From Octopus vulgaris (Eukaryota): 64,000 bases of DNA. Below, in pieces: positions 11,825-25,160 of this stretch. Position 1 is the first letter of the stretch. Every line of letters begins with the position of its first letter. The position numbers and the translations under genes were made by a program. Below the pieces are notes generated by a model. The model did not search any database. It worked only from the letters and a program-made list of their open reading frames with translations, and had not been told where the DNA came from. The stretch spans positions 12,586,001 to 12,650,000 of the forward strand of contig OX597836.1 in NCBI GenBank assembly GCA_951406725.2, read 5' to 3'.

Positions 11825-12265
11825 ATTGTTATCATCATCATCATCATCATCGTTTAACGTCTGTTCTCCATGCTAGCATGGGTTGGACGGTTCGACCAGG
11901 GATCTGGGAAGCCAGAAGGCTGCACCAGGCTCCGGTCTTATCTGGCAACATTTCTACAGCTGGATGCCCTTCCTAATGCCAACTACTCCGTGAGTGTAGT
12001 GGGTGCTTTTTACGTGCCACCTGCACTGGTGCCAGGCGAGGCTGGCATCGGCCACGGTCGGATTGGTGCATATTATGGAAGCCAGTCGAGGCGGCACTGG
12101 CTTCGGCTACGATTCGGATGGTGCTTTTTACGTGTCACCGACACAGAAGCCAGTCTTCCATTATAATTATATAAACTTTTACCGAATATGGTCCTTTTCC
12201 ATACCAAAGTGCTACTAGGTGAAATTTGTTGATTTTATTAAATTAATTATATTTCACCCTTTATC

Positions 12266-12319
<54 letters not shown>

Positions 12320-12522
12320 CTCAGCTTCTGTCAGTTTTTGTCAAGTTTTTGGTTGGCCTGGTGCTATAATAGGGGACACTTGTCCAAGGTGTTACATAGT
12401 GGGACTGAACCTGGAACTATGTTGATGGGGAAGCAAACGTCTAACCACACAGCCATGACTGTGCCTATGTGTTCATATTCTTAAACTGTTTGTTATAATC
12501 CCTTTTCTTTTCTCTTTTGCAG

Positions 12523-12886
12523 GTACTACAACTACCTGTACAGTAATCTGCTCAACAAGTACCCCGTAAAAGCAGTAGTGGACCAGTTACAGAACTGTGA
12601 AGACATCCTCTTCAACTTTCTAGTCAGCCATATTAATAGGGTCCCGCCCATCAAAGTCACCCAACGCAAACTCTACAAGGAGTCTATGATACCGAACACG
12701 AGCGGAAAGCCGTCAGTCTGGCTGAACACACAGCATTTCATCCAGAGACAGTCTTGTATCCACAACTTCACGAACACTTTTGGATACATGCCCCTCATTC
12801 GGTCCAAGCTACGCATGGATCCGATCTTCTTCAAGGACCCTGTATCCAATTTACGCAAAAAATACCGTCAAATAGAGCTCGTCTAG
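12523..12886 (+). CDS. EXT1: Exostosin-1 terminal coding exon (YYNYLYS...NCEDILFNFLVSH...PPIKVTQRK...FGYMPLIRS..RMDPIFFKDPVSNLRKKYRQIELV*)
   Basis: ctcttttgcag| acceptor in phase 2, compatible with the previous exon. NCEDI motif and the EXT1-type C-terminus (DP..FKD.VS.LRKKYR.IE) are present; TAG stop at 12884-12886. Confidence 0.97.
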
Positions 12887-13670
12887 TTACTAATAAATAA
12901 TAAAATAAAATAAAATAAATACATAAATGAAAATTAAAAAAAAAAAAAGAAAAAAAGAAACAAAAAGCTTCGGTGAAAAAAACTGAAGTTTAACGAGAAT
13001 TCTCTGTGCCAGGTGCTGCCGTTTTTTTTTTTTTTTTTTTTTACCTGTTTCTTTCTCTCCGAAAGTTCCTTGCGCTCCATTACTCCCCCACCGCTATCCA
13101 CACCACCATTCTTTCAAAAAATATCAGGAAAAAAATGATTTTCAAAAAAAAAAAAATAATAAAACAAAAAAAAAAAGGGTCAAAATCAAATTATCATAAT
13201 AATCAATCAATCAACCAACCAATCAAACAAAATCAATCAAAAACTATATATATAAACAATGTTGGGTCCAGCAAATAAGAAAAAAAAACCCTCCGTTCCT
13301 CCCTCCTGCATACCCACCGATTAATCCCTAAAAAAAAAATATATATATAAATTCTGTTCTTTCAGGATTCAGTTCAAAATTTATTTTCTTTATTTTGATT
13401 TTTTTTTTTTATATTTTCTACCATTTATATATTTTTTTAGCCTTTCTTTTTTTTTTAGTTGATCAAAAAATTGTTTTTTATTCATTTCCATTTCCATCTA
13501 CATACATGTTCCATACAGACACAAAAATGGTATATGTGTGTGTATATAAATCTAGTATATATATATATATATATATATAAAAAAAATTAAATAAGGGTAG
13601 AAATTGATATTAATCAATTAAAACCAGAGGCCTAGCATATTTAAAAAAATCCGAAGATTACAAATTTTTT

Positions 13671-13859
13671 TACATACAAAATTTAGAAGAATGACCACTA
13701 AAAGTGGACAGCCTGTATGCTAGATATAGACGTCGAAATCGCCATTTTCCACGGAGAATGTGTTCTCAAGAAAAAAAAATTCTCCGTTGAAAATGGCGAT
13801 TTTGACGTCTATATCTAGCATACAGGCTGTCCACTTTTAGTGGTCATTCCTTTAAATTT

Positions 13860-13869
<10 letters not shown>
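13671..13869. repeat. Long inverted repeat (about 88-bp arms, about 19-nt loop) downstream of the EXT1 stop
   Basis: gaatgaccactaaaagtggacagcctgtatgctagatatagacgtc.aaatcgccatttt...acggagaat is mirrored at 13779-13869. Confidence 0.92.
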
Positions 13870-13890
<21 letters not shown>

Positions 13891-14189
13891 CATGAACACT
13901 GATGCATCATTGTAATTGTATTGCTCCTTCGATGATGAGTGGATGGAGGAGAACTGCCTTGTGAAAATAATTAAAGTTTAATTTTCTTTTATTTATATAT
14001 ATATATATGAGAGAGAGAGAGATTGGAGATTTAAACAATGGTGTGAGAGCTTTGTAAATTAAGCAAAATTCTATCTAAGGGGTGATAGAAATATCTTATC
14101 TTTTAATTATTAAAAAGCTTTACTATTGGCATGTAAGTGGTGATTGGAAAGTTACAGACCCACCGTGCGAAAATTTGAGTCAATAATTT

Positions 14190-14815
14190 GATATCTTACT
14201 GAGGACAGCCTGCATTCTGTTTGCCAAGACACAGATTACTTTAATTCTCACTTGCTCAGTGCATCTACTTGTAAATAGGTAGTGTGAGGAGGTACACTAC
14301 CAAATAGGCAATTGTTGGGTGAGGGTGTTACTCACCATGCTTAAGTTAAAGTCGTCAGTTTGATAATCTACTGAGGGTGACCTGCACTATGTTCCTCCAG
14401 ATCAACTCTCACTGGCTCAATGCATCTACTTGTAAATAGGTACTGTGTGAAGGTACAACTAGCAGATGAGCAATGAATGATTGTTGGATAGGGACATTAA
14501 CCATGGTACTTTAAGAGGTTTCAGTTTATCTACTGAAAGATGAGCTGCGCTATGTTCCTTAAGATCAGCTCTCACTGGCTCAGTGCATTTATTTGCGAAT
14601 AGGCACTGTGTGGAGGTACAACTAGCACATAGGCAATGAATGAGTGTTGGGTGGGGGCATTACTCACCATGCTTAAGAGCCATCAGTCTGGTTATCTACT
14701 TAAAGAGGAGCTGCACTATGTGCCTCGAGATCAACTCTCAATGGCTCAATGCATTTACTAGTACATAGCCATTGAATGACTGGAGGTTGAGGTGGGTGAG
14801 TTTATTCATCATAGT
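14190..14815. repeat. Diverged tandem repeat, about 165-bp unit, about 4 copies
   Basis: atctactga...ctgcactatgttcct..agatcaactctcactggctcaatgcat.ta.ttg.aaatagg recurs near 14192, 14366, 14528 and 14694. Confidence 0.85.
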
Positions 14816-17800
14816 TAAGTAAAAACATCGACAGTTCATTTAATTGTAAATATGTACCACATGGAGGTGCTGCTGTGAAGCATTTCAGAAAGCGATGCAC
14901 TGTCAGTTCTTTTGTTTTTGTTAATAATTTGGAGTACTGAGTCTTAGTTCCTCCGTGTGCTACAATAAGGTTGCCGAATTCCCACCACTAATACCATAAT
15001 TAGACTTTAGCTCCTCGTTAACTGCCTTCACTTAATTGCTAAGCAGTTATTATAGTCATTACTGCTGTCCTCACAGACTAATAGGTTAACAGAAAAATGA
15101 AACAAAAACACACACACGCTATATGTGTGTGTGTGTATATATGTATATACATATATATCATTTTATGAAAGTAAAATTATTTCAAAAATTTTTTTTTCTG
15201 TTAAACATTTTTTAAAATTTAGTTTTTGCTTCCCTTAGATATACACATGTGATAATATATATGTGTATTGTAATATCTGTCTATATGTATGTGTGTATAT
15301 GTATATATATCTTTAAATATATGTATACATATATTTAGAAATAAATATATGTATATATTTTGGAATAAATGTATGAATATATATATGTATTTTAAAAATA
15401 TATATATATATCTTAAATATATTATATATATATTGAAAATATATGTGAATACATATGTTAAATTTCAATTTATTTTTTTATTTATTTCACTCATTATTCT
15501 AAATTAACAAAAGAAAATTATTTTTCTTTTTGTTTTTATTTCATTTTATTATATATAATTTTTTTTTATCTCATCAAAGAAAGATTTTTGTTATAATTAT
15601 TCCTTCACTTTATAAGCAATGAAATTATGAAAAAAATAATCATTGTTTTTATTTTTTTTTTTATTCTTATATATCACCTTCTAATGCCACCCCTAATTCC
15701 TACAGGAACAAATGAAGAACTTTGAGCAAATGATGATGAGAAAGTGATTCCAAACTGAATAAGAAATTGACAAAATTGAAGAGTTTCCCTGCCCTCCTCT
15801 TTATTTTAATATTCAAGGGTTTCACTGCAAAGGCTTTGAGATACAAACCATTACTGTTTTTTTTTATATTTATTTTTTTTGCCTTTGTTTTTATTACCTT
15901 CCCCAAGTTCAAATCCTTTGGACATAAAATGTGGACGGACCAATGGGTTGCAAGTTACGACTTCAACTGGGTGAGGAAGGGGTATCTGATGCTGAAACAC
16001 TCCTCGGAACCCTTTTAAGAGCCAGAAAATTTCACTGATGATGAACCCCAGAGTATTCATGAAATAGGGATTACCTACCCTTCCTCTTTTTTTTTTTTAC
16101 TTTAGTATTCAGTAATTTGCCTGTTAAGTTTTTGGTCCTTGTTTCTAGTCCCCTAGTTTGCTCAAGTTCAAATCCTTCTTTGGACAGAGAATTTTTGGCA
16201 GACAAGTGGTTTTTGCTGTTGCTGGGTTGCAAGATGGGACTTGATCAATCCTCATTTGGGTCAGTCAACAGGGTAATGGAAGGGTGTCTGATGTCGATAA
16301 TCTTGAAACTCTTTTTAAGCTTCAGAAACATCACTGATGACGCATCCCTAAGCATCTGTGAATTCTATCTTAAACCACTTTCCCCCATTTTTTTTTTCTT
16401 TTTAGTATACAAGGGCAATGAGATCTTAGGGTGACATGCCTTTACTATTTGGGTATCCCTTTTTCTTTTTTTTTTTTTTTTTGCTCCCCTACTTTTCCAA
16501 AATTCAAAATCTCTCTTTGGACAGAGAGAAAATGCATGCATGTGTGTGTGTGTGTGATTTCACTTGGCCTTTCATTGTCCCTAACCCCATCTCAACCCCA
16601 TCACAAGGGACAGTGAAGCTAAACCAGCAATTATCATTAATATACTGATGGTGGGGGTGATGAAGGTGGTGGTGATGGAGCCAGGAGGTCACTTTAATCC
16701 ACTATATATCCTTCCTAAAACCCCACCCTCTCTCTCTCTCTCTCTCTTTCTCAATCTGTCCCTTACATTACAAAAAGGAAGAAAAATTAAATAAATAAAA
16801 ACTGTTAGGCCCCTGTGCCAAGTCAAAAGTAAATTTTCAAGAACACATCACTTGAATAGATTTTCTTTCTTGAGGTTTTGAGGTTTTTTAATTTTTTTTT
16901 TTTTTGTGACGGCGGAGCAGAAGGCACAGGAAATAAAAATATGAAGAAAAAAAATAAATGAAAAAAAATAAATAAATAAACGAAGGAACTACAAAAAAAA
17001 AAAATATATATATATATAACTATTACGAGGGTGTTTGTTGTCGGGTGCAGGGAAATTTTGGGTCCGGGGCTGGGAAGGGGGTATTTGGGAAAATGGGCGG
17101 ACGGGAGGGTTCGTTGTTGCAATTTTGTAACCTTTTTTTAATTTCCTTCGTTTTATTTTTATTATTATTATTTTTTTTCTATTCTCCCTGATCGTTCATC
17201 GAATGTTATGATAATGATGATGATGGTGATGATTTATGATCATGATGATAATAAAAATAATTTTAAAAAAATACAATATATATCCTTGTTGAATTGTCAA
17301 AAAATTTCACTTTAATATTATGATTCTGGAAATGTTTTTGTTTTGTTTTTTCCTCTAAAGAAATGTCTTTGTTTTTTAGCATTGTGTATGGGCACAGACG
17401 TGGCTGTGTGGGTAAGAAGCTTGCTTCCCCAACCATGCAGGTGTTTGGGGTTCAGTCCCACTGTGTGGCACCTTGGGCAAGTGCTTTCTACTACTATAGT
17501 TCCAGACCAACCAGTGCCTTGTGAGTAAGTAGTAAGTTCAGTAAATGGAAACTGTATGGAAGCCTGTATATGGTAAATCAAATGCAAAAGACAATGCCGG
17601 ACAAAATGTTTTGCAACTTTTCATCCATCTTAATGTTCTGGGTTCAAATTCTGCCAAGGTCGACTTTGTCTTTTATCCTTTCTGGGTCAAGAAAGTAAGT
17701 TGCAGTCAAGCACTGGGGTTGATGCAGTCATCTTACCCCCCCCCATCCACTCCCCCAAAATTGCTGGCCTTGTGAGAAAATTTGAAACCAATATTATTAG

Positions 17801-18461
17801 ACTGATAGGGTGGTGGCAGAGTTGTTAGCACACCGGTCGAAATGCTTAGCAGTATTTTGTTTGCCATTATGCTCTGAGTTCAGATTTCGCCGAATTTGAA
17901 CTCAGAACATAAAGACAGACAAAATGCTGTTAAGCATTGTGCCCGGCATACTAACGATTCTTATTTCTTTATTGCCCACAAGAGGCTAAACATAGAGGGG
18001 ACAGACAAACGGATTAAGTCGATTACATTGACCCCAGTGCATAACTGGTACTTAATTTATTGACCCTGAAAGGATGAATGGCAAAGTCGACCTCGGCGGA
18101 ATTTGAGCTCAGAAGGTAACGGCAGACAAAATACCTATTTCTTTACTACCCACAAGGGGCTAAACACAGAAGAGACAAGCAAGGATAGACAAACGAATTA
18201 AGTCGATTACATCGACCCCAGTGCGTAACTGGTACTTAATTTATCGACCTCGAAAGGATGAAAGGCAAAGTTGACTTCGGCAGGATTTGAACTCAGAATG
18301 TAATGGCAGATGAAATACCGCTAAGCACTTCGCTCGGTGCGCTAATGTTTCTGCCAGCTCGCCACCTAGTACATCGTTGTAGGCGTACTAACAATTCTGT
18401 CACCTCACAACCTTAATAATTATAATAATAACCCTTTCTACTATAGGGCACAAGGCCTGAA

Positions 18462-19560
18462 ATTTCTATGAGAATGTGGCTAGTAAAGTAACGCAGGAGG
18501 ATGGAAAAGCAAAGATATTCTGGGATTATGATTTTCAGACTGATAAGAGTAATTGAGTATCACCAAGTAGACATGGTCGTGCTAAACAAGAAAGGCAGAC
18601 ACTGTCAGATCATTGACATGGCCATATCAAATGACATGAATATTGTGAGAAAAGAGGTTGAAAAAATGATAATCCTTTCTACTATAGGCACAAGGCCTGG
18701 AATTTAGCAGGAGGGGTCTAGTTGATTACATTAACCCCAGTCAATAACCCTTTCTACTATAGGCACAAGGCCTGAAAATTGTATGAGAATGTGGCTAGTA
18801 AAGTAATGCAGGAAGATGGGAGAGCAAAGATATTCTGGGATTATGATTTTCAGACTGAACAAGTAATTGAGTATCACCAGGTGGACGTGGTCGTGCTGAA
18901 CGAAGAAAGACAAACACTGCCAGCCATACCAAATGACATAAATATTGTGAGTAAAGAGGTCGAAAAAAAATCACCAAGTACTCTGAGCTGAAAGTGCAGA
19001 TGACAAGATTGTTTAGAATGTGAGAAGATAATGCAATATTGGGGCACTGGGGTGAATTCCTTTGAAATTTCAAGACATCTTAAAAGTGGTTGGGAATACC
19101 TATTTCTTTACTGCCCACAAGGGGCTAAACACAGAGTGGACAAACAAGGACAGACAAATGGATTAAGTCGATTACATCGACCCCAGTGCGAAGCTGGTAC
19201 TTTATTTATCGACCCCCGAAAGGATGAAAGGCAAAGTTGACGTTGGCGGAATTTGAAGTCAGAACGTAAAGACAGACGAAATACCTATTTATTTACTGCC
19301 CACAAGGGGCTAAACACAGAGAGGACAAACAAGGACAGACAAAGGATGAAAGGCAAAGTCAACCTCGGCGAAATTTGAACTCAGAACGTAGCGATAGACG
19401 AAACATGGCTAAGCATTTCGCCCAGCATGCTAACTTTTCTGCCAGCTCACCACCTTGGGAATACCATGCAAGGCTGGTGTCATACAAAAATCAGCCTTGC
19501 TAAGTACTGCACGTATCTTAAGGAAAGTATTATCTGTTGGAGGTTCTTGTTGGGATTTTG
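18462..19560 (+). mobile_element. Degenerate R4/Dong-like LINE 3' end (restriction-like endonuclease domain), partly duplicated and interrupted by a SINE
   Basis: KIFWDYDFQT..VIEY..VD.VVLNK....CQIIDMAI.ND.NI..KE.EK..KY..L and, after the SINE, GVIQKSALLSTARILRKVL. Confidence 0.8.
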
Positions 19561-21688
19561 ACAGATGGCAAAACACTCCAGTGCATTTTCCATCTACAGT
19601 CATTGGAATAGGAGGGGAAAAGAGAAGGGTAGTGGTGTGCATATGGGATCCACTTGCTGGGTAAGGAGCTAGGAGAGAAGGGAAACTGGAAGGTAGGTGG
19701 AGACGTGATTTGGCCACCACTGCTGACCCACCAATGGGAGGGGGTTGTGTTTCAGGGCCAAAAACACCCTGTGATTGTTGAATACTGTCTGGTGACATCA
19801 ATTCCTCTTGGTCAAGACTACATTCATCAAAACTGAATGAAGAAGTATCATTTTTAGATGTTATCAAAATAATGTATGTATGTAGTAGATTGACAGATAG
19901 ATAAATAGATAGAGACACATACAGACACACACATACATATATATATTTATATATATGTACACACACACACACATATACATACATTCATATATCTATATGC
20001 ATACATACACATATTTATATACATACATACACACATACATACATACATACACACAGACATACACACAGACATACATACATACGCACATACATACATACAC
20101 ACATACATACATACACACACACACATACATACATACACACACATACATACACACATACATACATACATACACACACATACATACATACACACATACATAC
20201 ATACACAGACATACATACATACACACAGACATACATACATACACACATACATACATACATACACATACATACATACACACACATACATACATACACACAC
20301 ATACATACATACACACATACATACATACACACATACATACATACACACATACATACATACACACATACATACATATACACACATACATGTATGTATGTAT
20401 GTATGAGAAGGGAGTGGAAGTGGGAAGGAGTGTTATTTATAGGTGAGAAAAGAGATTTAATATGAGTATATGAAGAGCAGATGGAGTGTCTGAGGGTGTA
20501 TATATACATATTGAAAAAGAGAAAAAAAAAAAGAATACAAAGATGCTAAAGAAGCAGAAATAACTGTGAATGAAAGACTTTACTTAAATTTACGAATATG
20601 AAAAGAAAAAGTGATTGAAACGAAAGGAAGAGAAAATTGAATAGAAAAACGAGATTAAAAGAAAGTGTTAGCTTCTATGAAAGAAGTAATATTGCCAAAG
20701 AGTGAGTTTCTAAATTTAATTTCTTTTCACTTTCCGACAAACCATAGATATCACAAGATCTTTCCAGAAGCAAAGTTCAAGTCAGCTAATCCCGTTGTAA
20801 AAAGTTTTACTACTCAATTAACCACTTCACTTCGAAAAGACTTTGGTAGCCAGGATAAATACAGTAGTATCTCTTCCTGTCTGGAACTTAATTGCATAGC
20901 TCTCTGGACAACTGACCATTCGACAGTAATTGTCTTTCGAAAGCGCTTCGTTTACTGAGGCCATGATACGGACAAATAAAAACACTGTTTTCATATCTTA
21001 CACCATACTCAATACAAACAAATTTATGATAGAGATTTAATAAAAATATATAATCCTTTAAGCAGTCAGAGACACACTTTTCTAGAGAGGTTTGTCCAAA
21101 TATGTTTGTTTGTTTGTTTTGTTTTGTTTTTTTTTTTTGTTTTTCTTTTTTTTTTTGAAAGACTCCAGCCCAACCACTTTAATATAATATCTCTTTCTGT
21201 CTGAAGCATAATTGCAGTGATCTGGACAACTGACCATTTGACAGTAATTGTCTTTCAAAAGTGTTTGTTTACAAGAACAGATTTATGATACAGATTTAAT
21301 ATATATATATATAATCTACACTTTCTAGCTGTACAAACTTTGCCATCCAACCCATGCTAACATGTAAAGTAGACGTAAAACAACGATGATGATGATGATA
21401 TAATCATTTTGTTTGTTTACTGAGGCTAAAGTACAGACAAATAAAAGCACCATTTTCATATCTTAGACCATACTGAATAAGAACAAATCTCTATATGCTA
21501 ACATGTAAAGTAGACGTAAAACAACGATGATGATGATGATATAATCATTTAAGCAGAAGTCTGCCCAAGTATGGACAATTGACCATTCGACAGTAATTGT
21601 CTTTCAAAAGTGTTTGTTTACTGAGGCTAAAGTACAGACAAATAAAAGCACCATTTTCATATCTTACACCATACTGAATAAGAACAAA

Positions 21689-22084
21689 TCTCTATATATA
21701 AAGCTGAAGTTGTCTGTGTGTGGCAGGTTTGGTAGCCTTCAACTAACACTATCTCCTCCGAGACCTTGCGGCGCAAGTTGACCAAAATTGAGAGTATGAT
21801 AGAAGAAGGCTTGCTCTTCATTCCATAACAGAAAAAATTCAAATCGGACCATGTTAACACCAAAAATTATTTACATCAAAAAGGTGCTTTTTTTCTATGA
21901 AAATCCCTATTTTTTACTATTTTTTTACTGATGTATCGCCATTTTTCGGTGTAATTCAACCAGAAAAATGTTCACTTAAAGAGAATAACAAGCTACGTAA
22001 TGCAACATTTTTACTTTACAAAAATTCCAATTCTAAAGGGTCAAAAAGAAAACAAATCCGAGCAACGCCAGGCTATACTGCTAG
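21689..22084 (+). mobile_element. Non-autonomous Helitron
   Basis: 5' TC, 3' CTAG, subterminal GC hairpin (ccgagcaacgccagg), A|T insertion with no TSD. The empty site is visible in neighbouring tandem copies (aacaaa|tttatgat). Confidence 0.9.
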
Positions 22085-23132
22085 TTTATGATACAGATTT
22101 AATAAATATATATAATCTACACTCTCTAGCTGTAGAAACTTTGTCATCTAACCCATGCTAGCATGGAAAGCAGATGTAAAACAACGACGATGATGATGAT
22201 ATAATCCTTTAAGCAGTCAGAAACACACTTTTCTAGAAGTTTGTCCAAGTATGTTTGGTTTTTCAAAGAATCCAGCCAGACAACTTTAAAAATTAAAGGA
22301 AGTATCTTAGAGAATACGCCTTACAGAGATGACTCTTATTAAACATTCTTATCATTGTAGATGAAAATATTTCATTTTATTTCAAGATTTGCATTAAATA
22401 AAAAATATGAATTACCATAAAAACCCATGTAATTTGCGCACCTGCTTAATTTATGCAGGTGATTTTGTTAAAAAAAAGCTTCTACTCATGTAAAATTCAC
22501 ATCTAAAAGTTTTCAGAATTGCCAATATGGCTAGGAGGAAAAGGTTTTCAATTTAGTTGTATTTAATTTCACTTACTTATGATTAGATTTTATTAAATTT
22601 TCATTAAATAAAAATAATTTCTGTTTAACAGGTATCACATTGAAAGCTATTAGATTACAAAGTATTTGTGTTGTTTAGCATAAACTTTATTTCATATTTC
22701 TTGCGCCCACAAGAGATTATGTCCGATCTTTAGCATACTGCTGTATGTCTTCTCAAATCACGATCACAGGAAAAGTTGTTGATGAGAATTACCAACAAAA
22801 ACACAACTGATAAATACGCACAGGTGTTGCAAATTAAGATTAATTACCAATAAACATCAGCTTGGATGACACTTTACTCATCTAACTGACAGTGGAAGGT
22901 GACCTATCAAACTGATTATGTAAACAGAATTCTTTTCTGCCTATTCTTGTCGGAACCTTTGATGCAGAGTATCGGAATTTTAATCCCTTTCACACTTATA
23001 AAATGTCAAGCAACCTTAAAAATTTGTCGTTACCGTTCAGCAGAACTTATGAATCGTTTACCGCAAAGGAGAAATTAAGTATGTTCCATTGCAATAGGTA
23101 GAAACACTGTCCGGGCCATGAACTAATACAAT

Positions 23133-23270
23133 CTTACAGTTCTATATTTAAAAGATGAGGAATTATGTACGTTATTTACATTAGACAGATATTTGTCCTC
23201 GTCTTGTTTGTTGTTAACACAATGTTTCAGCTGATATACCTTCCAGCCTTCATCAGGTGTCTTGGGGAAA
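23133..23270 (-). mobile_element. Second copy of family B (hammerhead motif at 23216-23261)
   Basis: Near-identical to 5958-6095. Minus strand reads gacacCTGATGAaggctg...cagctGAAAcattgtgtt. Confidence 0.75.
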
Positions 23271-23826
23271 TGTGTATGTGTATATGTGTACATGAGTGTG
23301 TCTCTGTGTTTGTCCCCCTCATCCTATCGCTTGACAACTGATGTTGGCATGTCTACATCCCTGTGACATAGCAGTTTGGCAAAACAGACCGATAGAATAA
23401 GTACTAGGCTTACAAGGAATAAGTCCTGGGGTAAATTTCTCCAACAAAAGGTGGTACTCCAGCATGGCCACAGTCAAATGACAGGAACATGTAAAAAAAA
23501 AAAAATAGCAGGCATACAAACTTGGCAAGTCTGACCATTTCTCAAAAGGGTGGAAAAAAAATTGATGACGAAAAGCCTTAATTAATTTTCAGCCCTTCTT
23601 GAAGTCTCATCAGTGATGTCCACATCACTTGAAAAACCCCAGAGAAACAAACAGTCAACCTATATATATATATATATACACACACACTTTACTTTATTTA
23701 AAAGCAGCAGACAGAGTAACTGGTTTTGTTGAATTTCTGCTGCTTTTAAATAAAGCATATTACTCTACCCCTGGTATTTGAGTACTTTTTTTTCCACCTT
23801 GTTTCACATTTATGTGTTTACTCCGG

Positions 23827-23857
<31 letters not shown>

Positions 23858-24999
23858 TGAATCTAGAAACTTCAGGGAAGTGGGGCTACTAAGTTATATG
23901 TTATAGGTGTTGAAAAATGAGCGATGAGCAGTCTCAATCAATTTTCAACCCTTGATGTATCATCAGTGATGTCCACATCACTTGAAAACCCCCAGAGTCA
24001 CAAACAGTCAACCTATATATATATATATATATGTAAAAAAATACAAACTGGGACAAGAACGTGAAACATTTAGAAGACGATACAAAAAACACAGACAGGA
24101 CATTCGAAGCCTTCAATCTTCAGTCAAGAACCGGATCATTTTCGCAATTTCGGCTGATTAATCTTGAGATTGCTCCGATCTGGCCAGCCCCAAAGGAAAA
24201 ATCTAAGCCAAGCGCATTAGATTCCTTGGAAGAAAGCCTCGAATGTATACAAAACAAGGACGGAAAACCGGACGATGTTACACAAATAAAAATACAAAAA
24301 CAAAATATATACACACACACACACACACACACTGAATCTAGAAACTTCAGGAGAGTGGAGGTAATCATTTATATATCATAGGTGTTGAAAAACAAGCGAT
24401 CAGCAGTCTCAATCAATTTTCAACCCTTGTTAATGTCTCATTAGAGACATCTGCATCACATGACCAATCCCAGAGAAGCAAATAGCAAATCTGTTTACAT
24501 AACTAGAAGTTATCCCAGCTCACAAACCTCATCTCCATCGTCAATACACACAGTAACATCAAATGGACAACCGATCATTGATTTCATTTGCCTATATTGA
24601 TTCTTCATAGAAAAAAAAAAATCAGAGATTTCCCAGCATGCATCATTGCTATGACTGATGCTGTGATGCTTTGTGTGATATCGTTTGTTTTATTTTTTTT
24701 TTTTTGATGAGTTTACGATGGGTGTCCCTGTCCAATGTCAACAAGATTTTGGTTTTTATCTGGAAACAAGTTCTTTTATTCTCTTGCTCTTTTACTTGTT
24801 TCAGTCATTTGATTGTGGCCATGCTGGAGCACTGCCTGTAGTTGAAAAAAATCGACTCCAGGACTTATTCTTTGTAAGCCTAGTACTTATTCTATCGGTC
24901 TCTTTTGCCAAACCGCTATGTTACGGGGACGAAGACACGCCAACATCAGTTGTCAAGCGATGGTGAAGGGGACAAACACAAATAAACACTCATATACAA

Positions 25000-25043
<44 letters not shown>

Positions 25044-25127
25044 GTGTGTATATATATATTTACAAATATATACACACACACACATATATATATATATGTG
25101 TGTGTATATATATATTTACAAATATAT

Positions 25128-25160
<33 letters not shown>

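Larger units (their letters stand above)
12887..17300 (+). other. Putative long 3' UTR of EXT1
   Basis: About 4.4 kb after the stop that lacks the SINEs abundant elsewhere and is U-rich, with AATAAA at 17250-17255. Other AATAAA hexamers also occur just after the stop, so the end is uncertain. Confidence 0.45.

Noticed and set aside
24032-24305. Minus-strand CTGAAGA and GAAA motifs suggesting a hammerhead
   Set aside because: I could not build consistent stems I-III around the motifs by eye.
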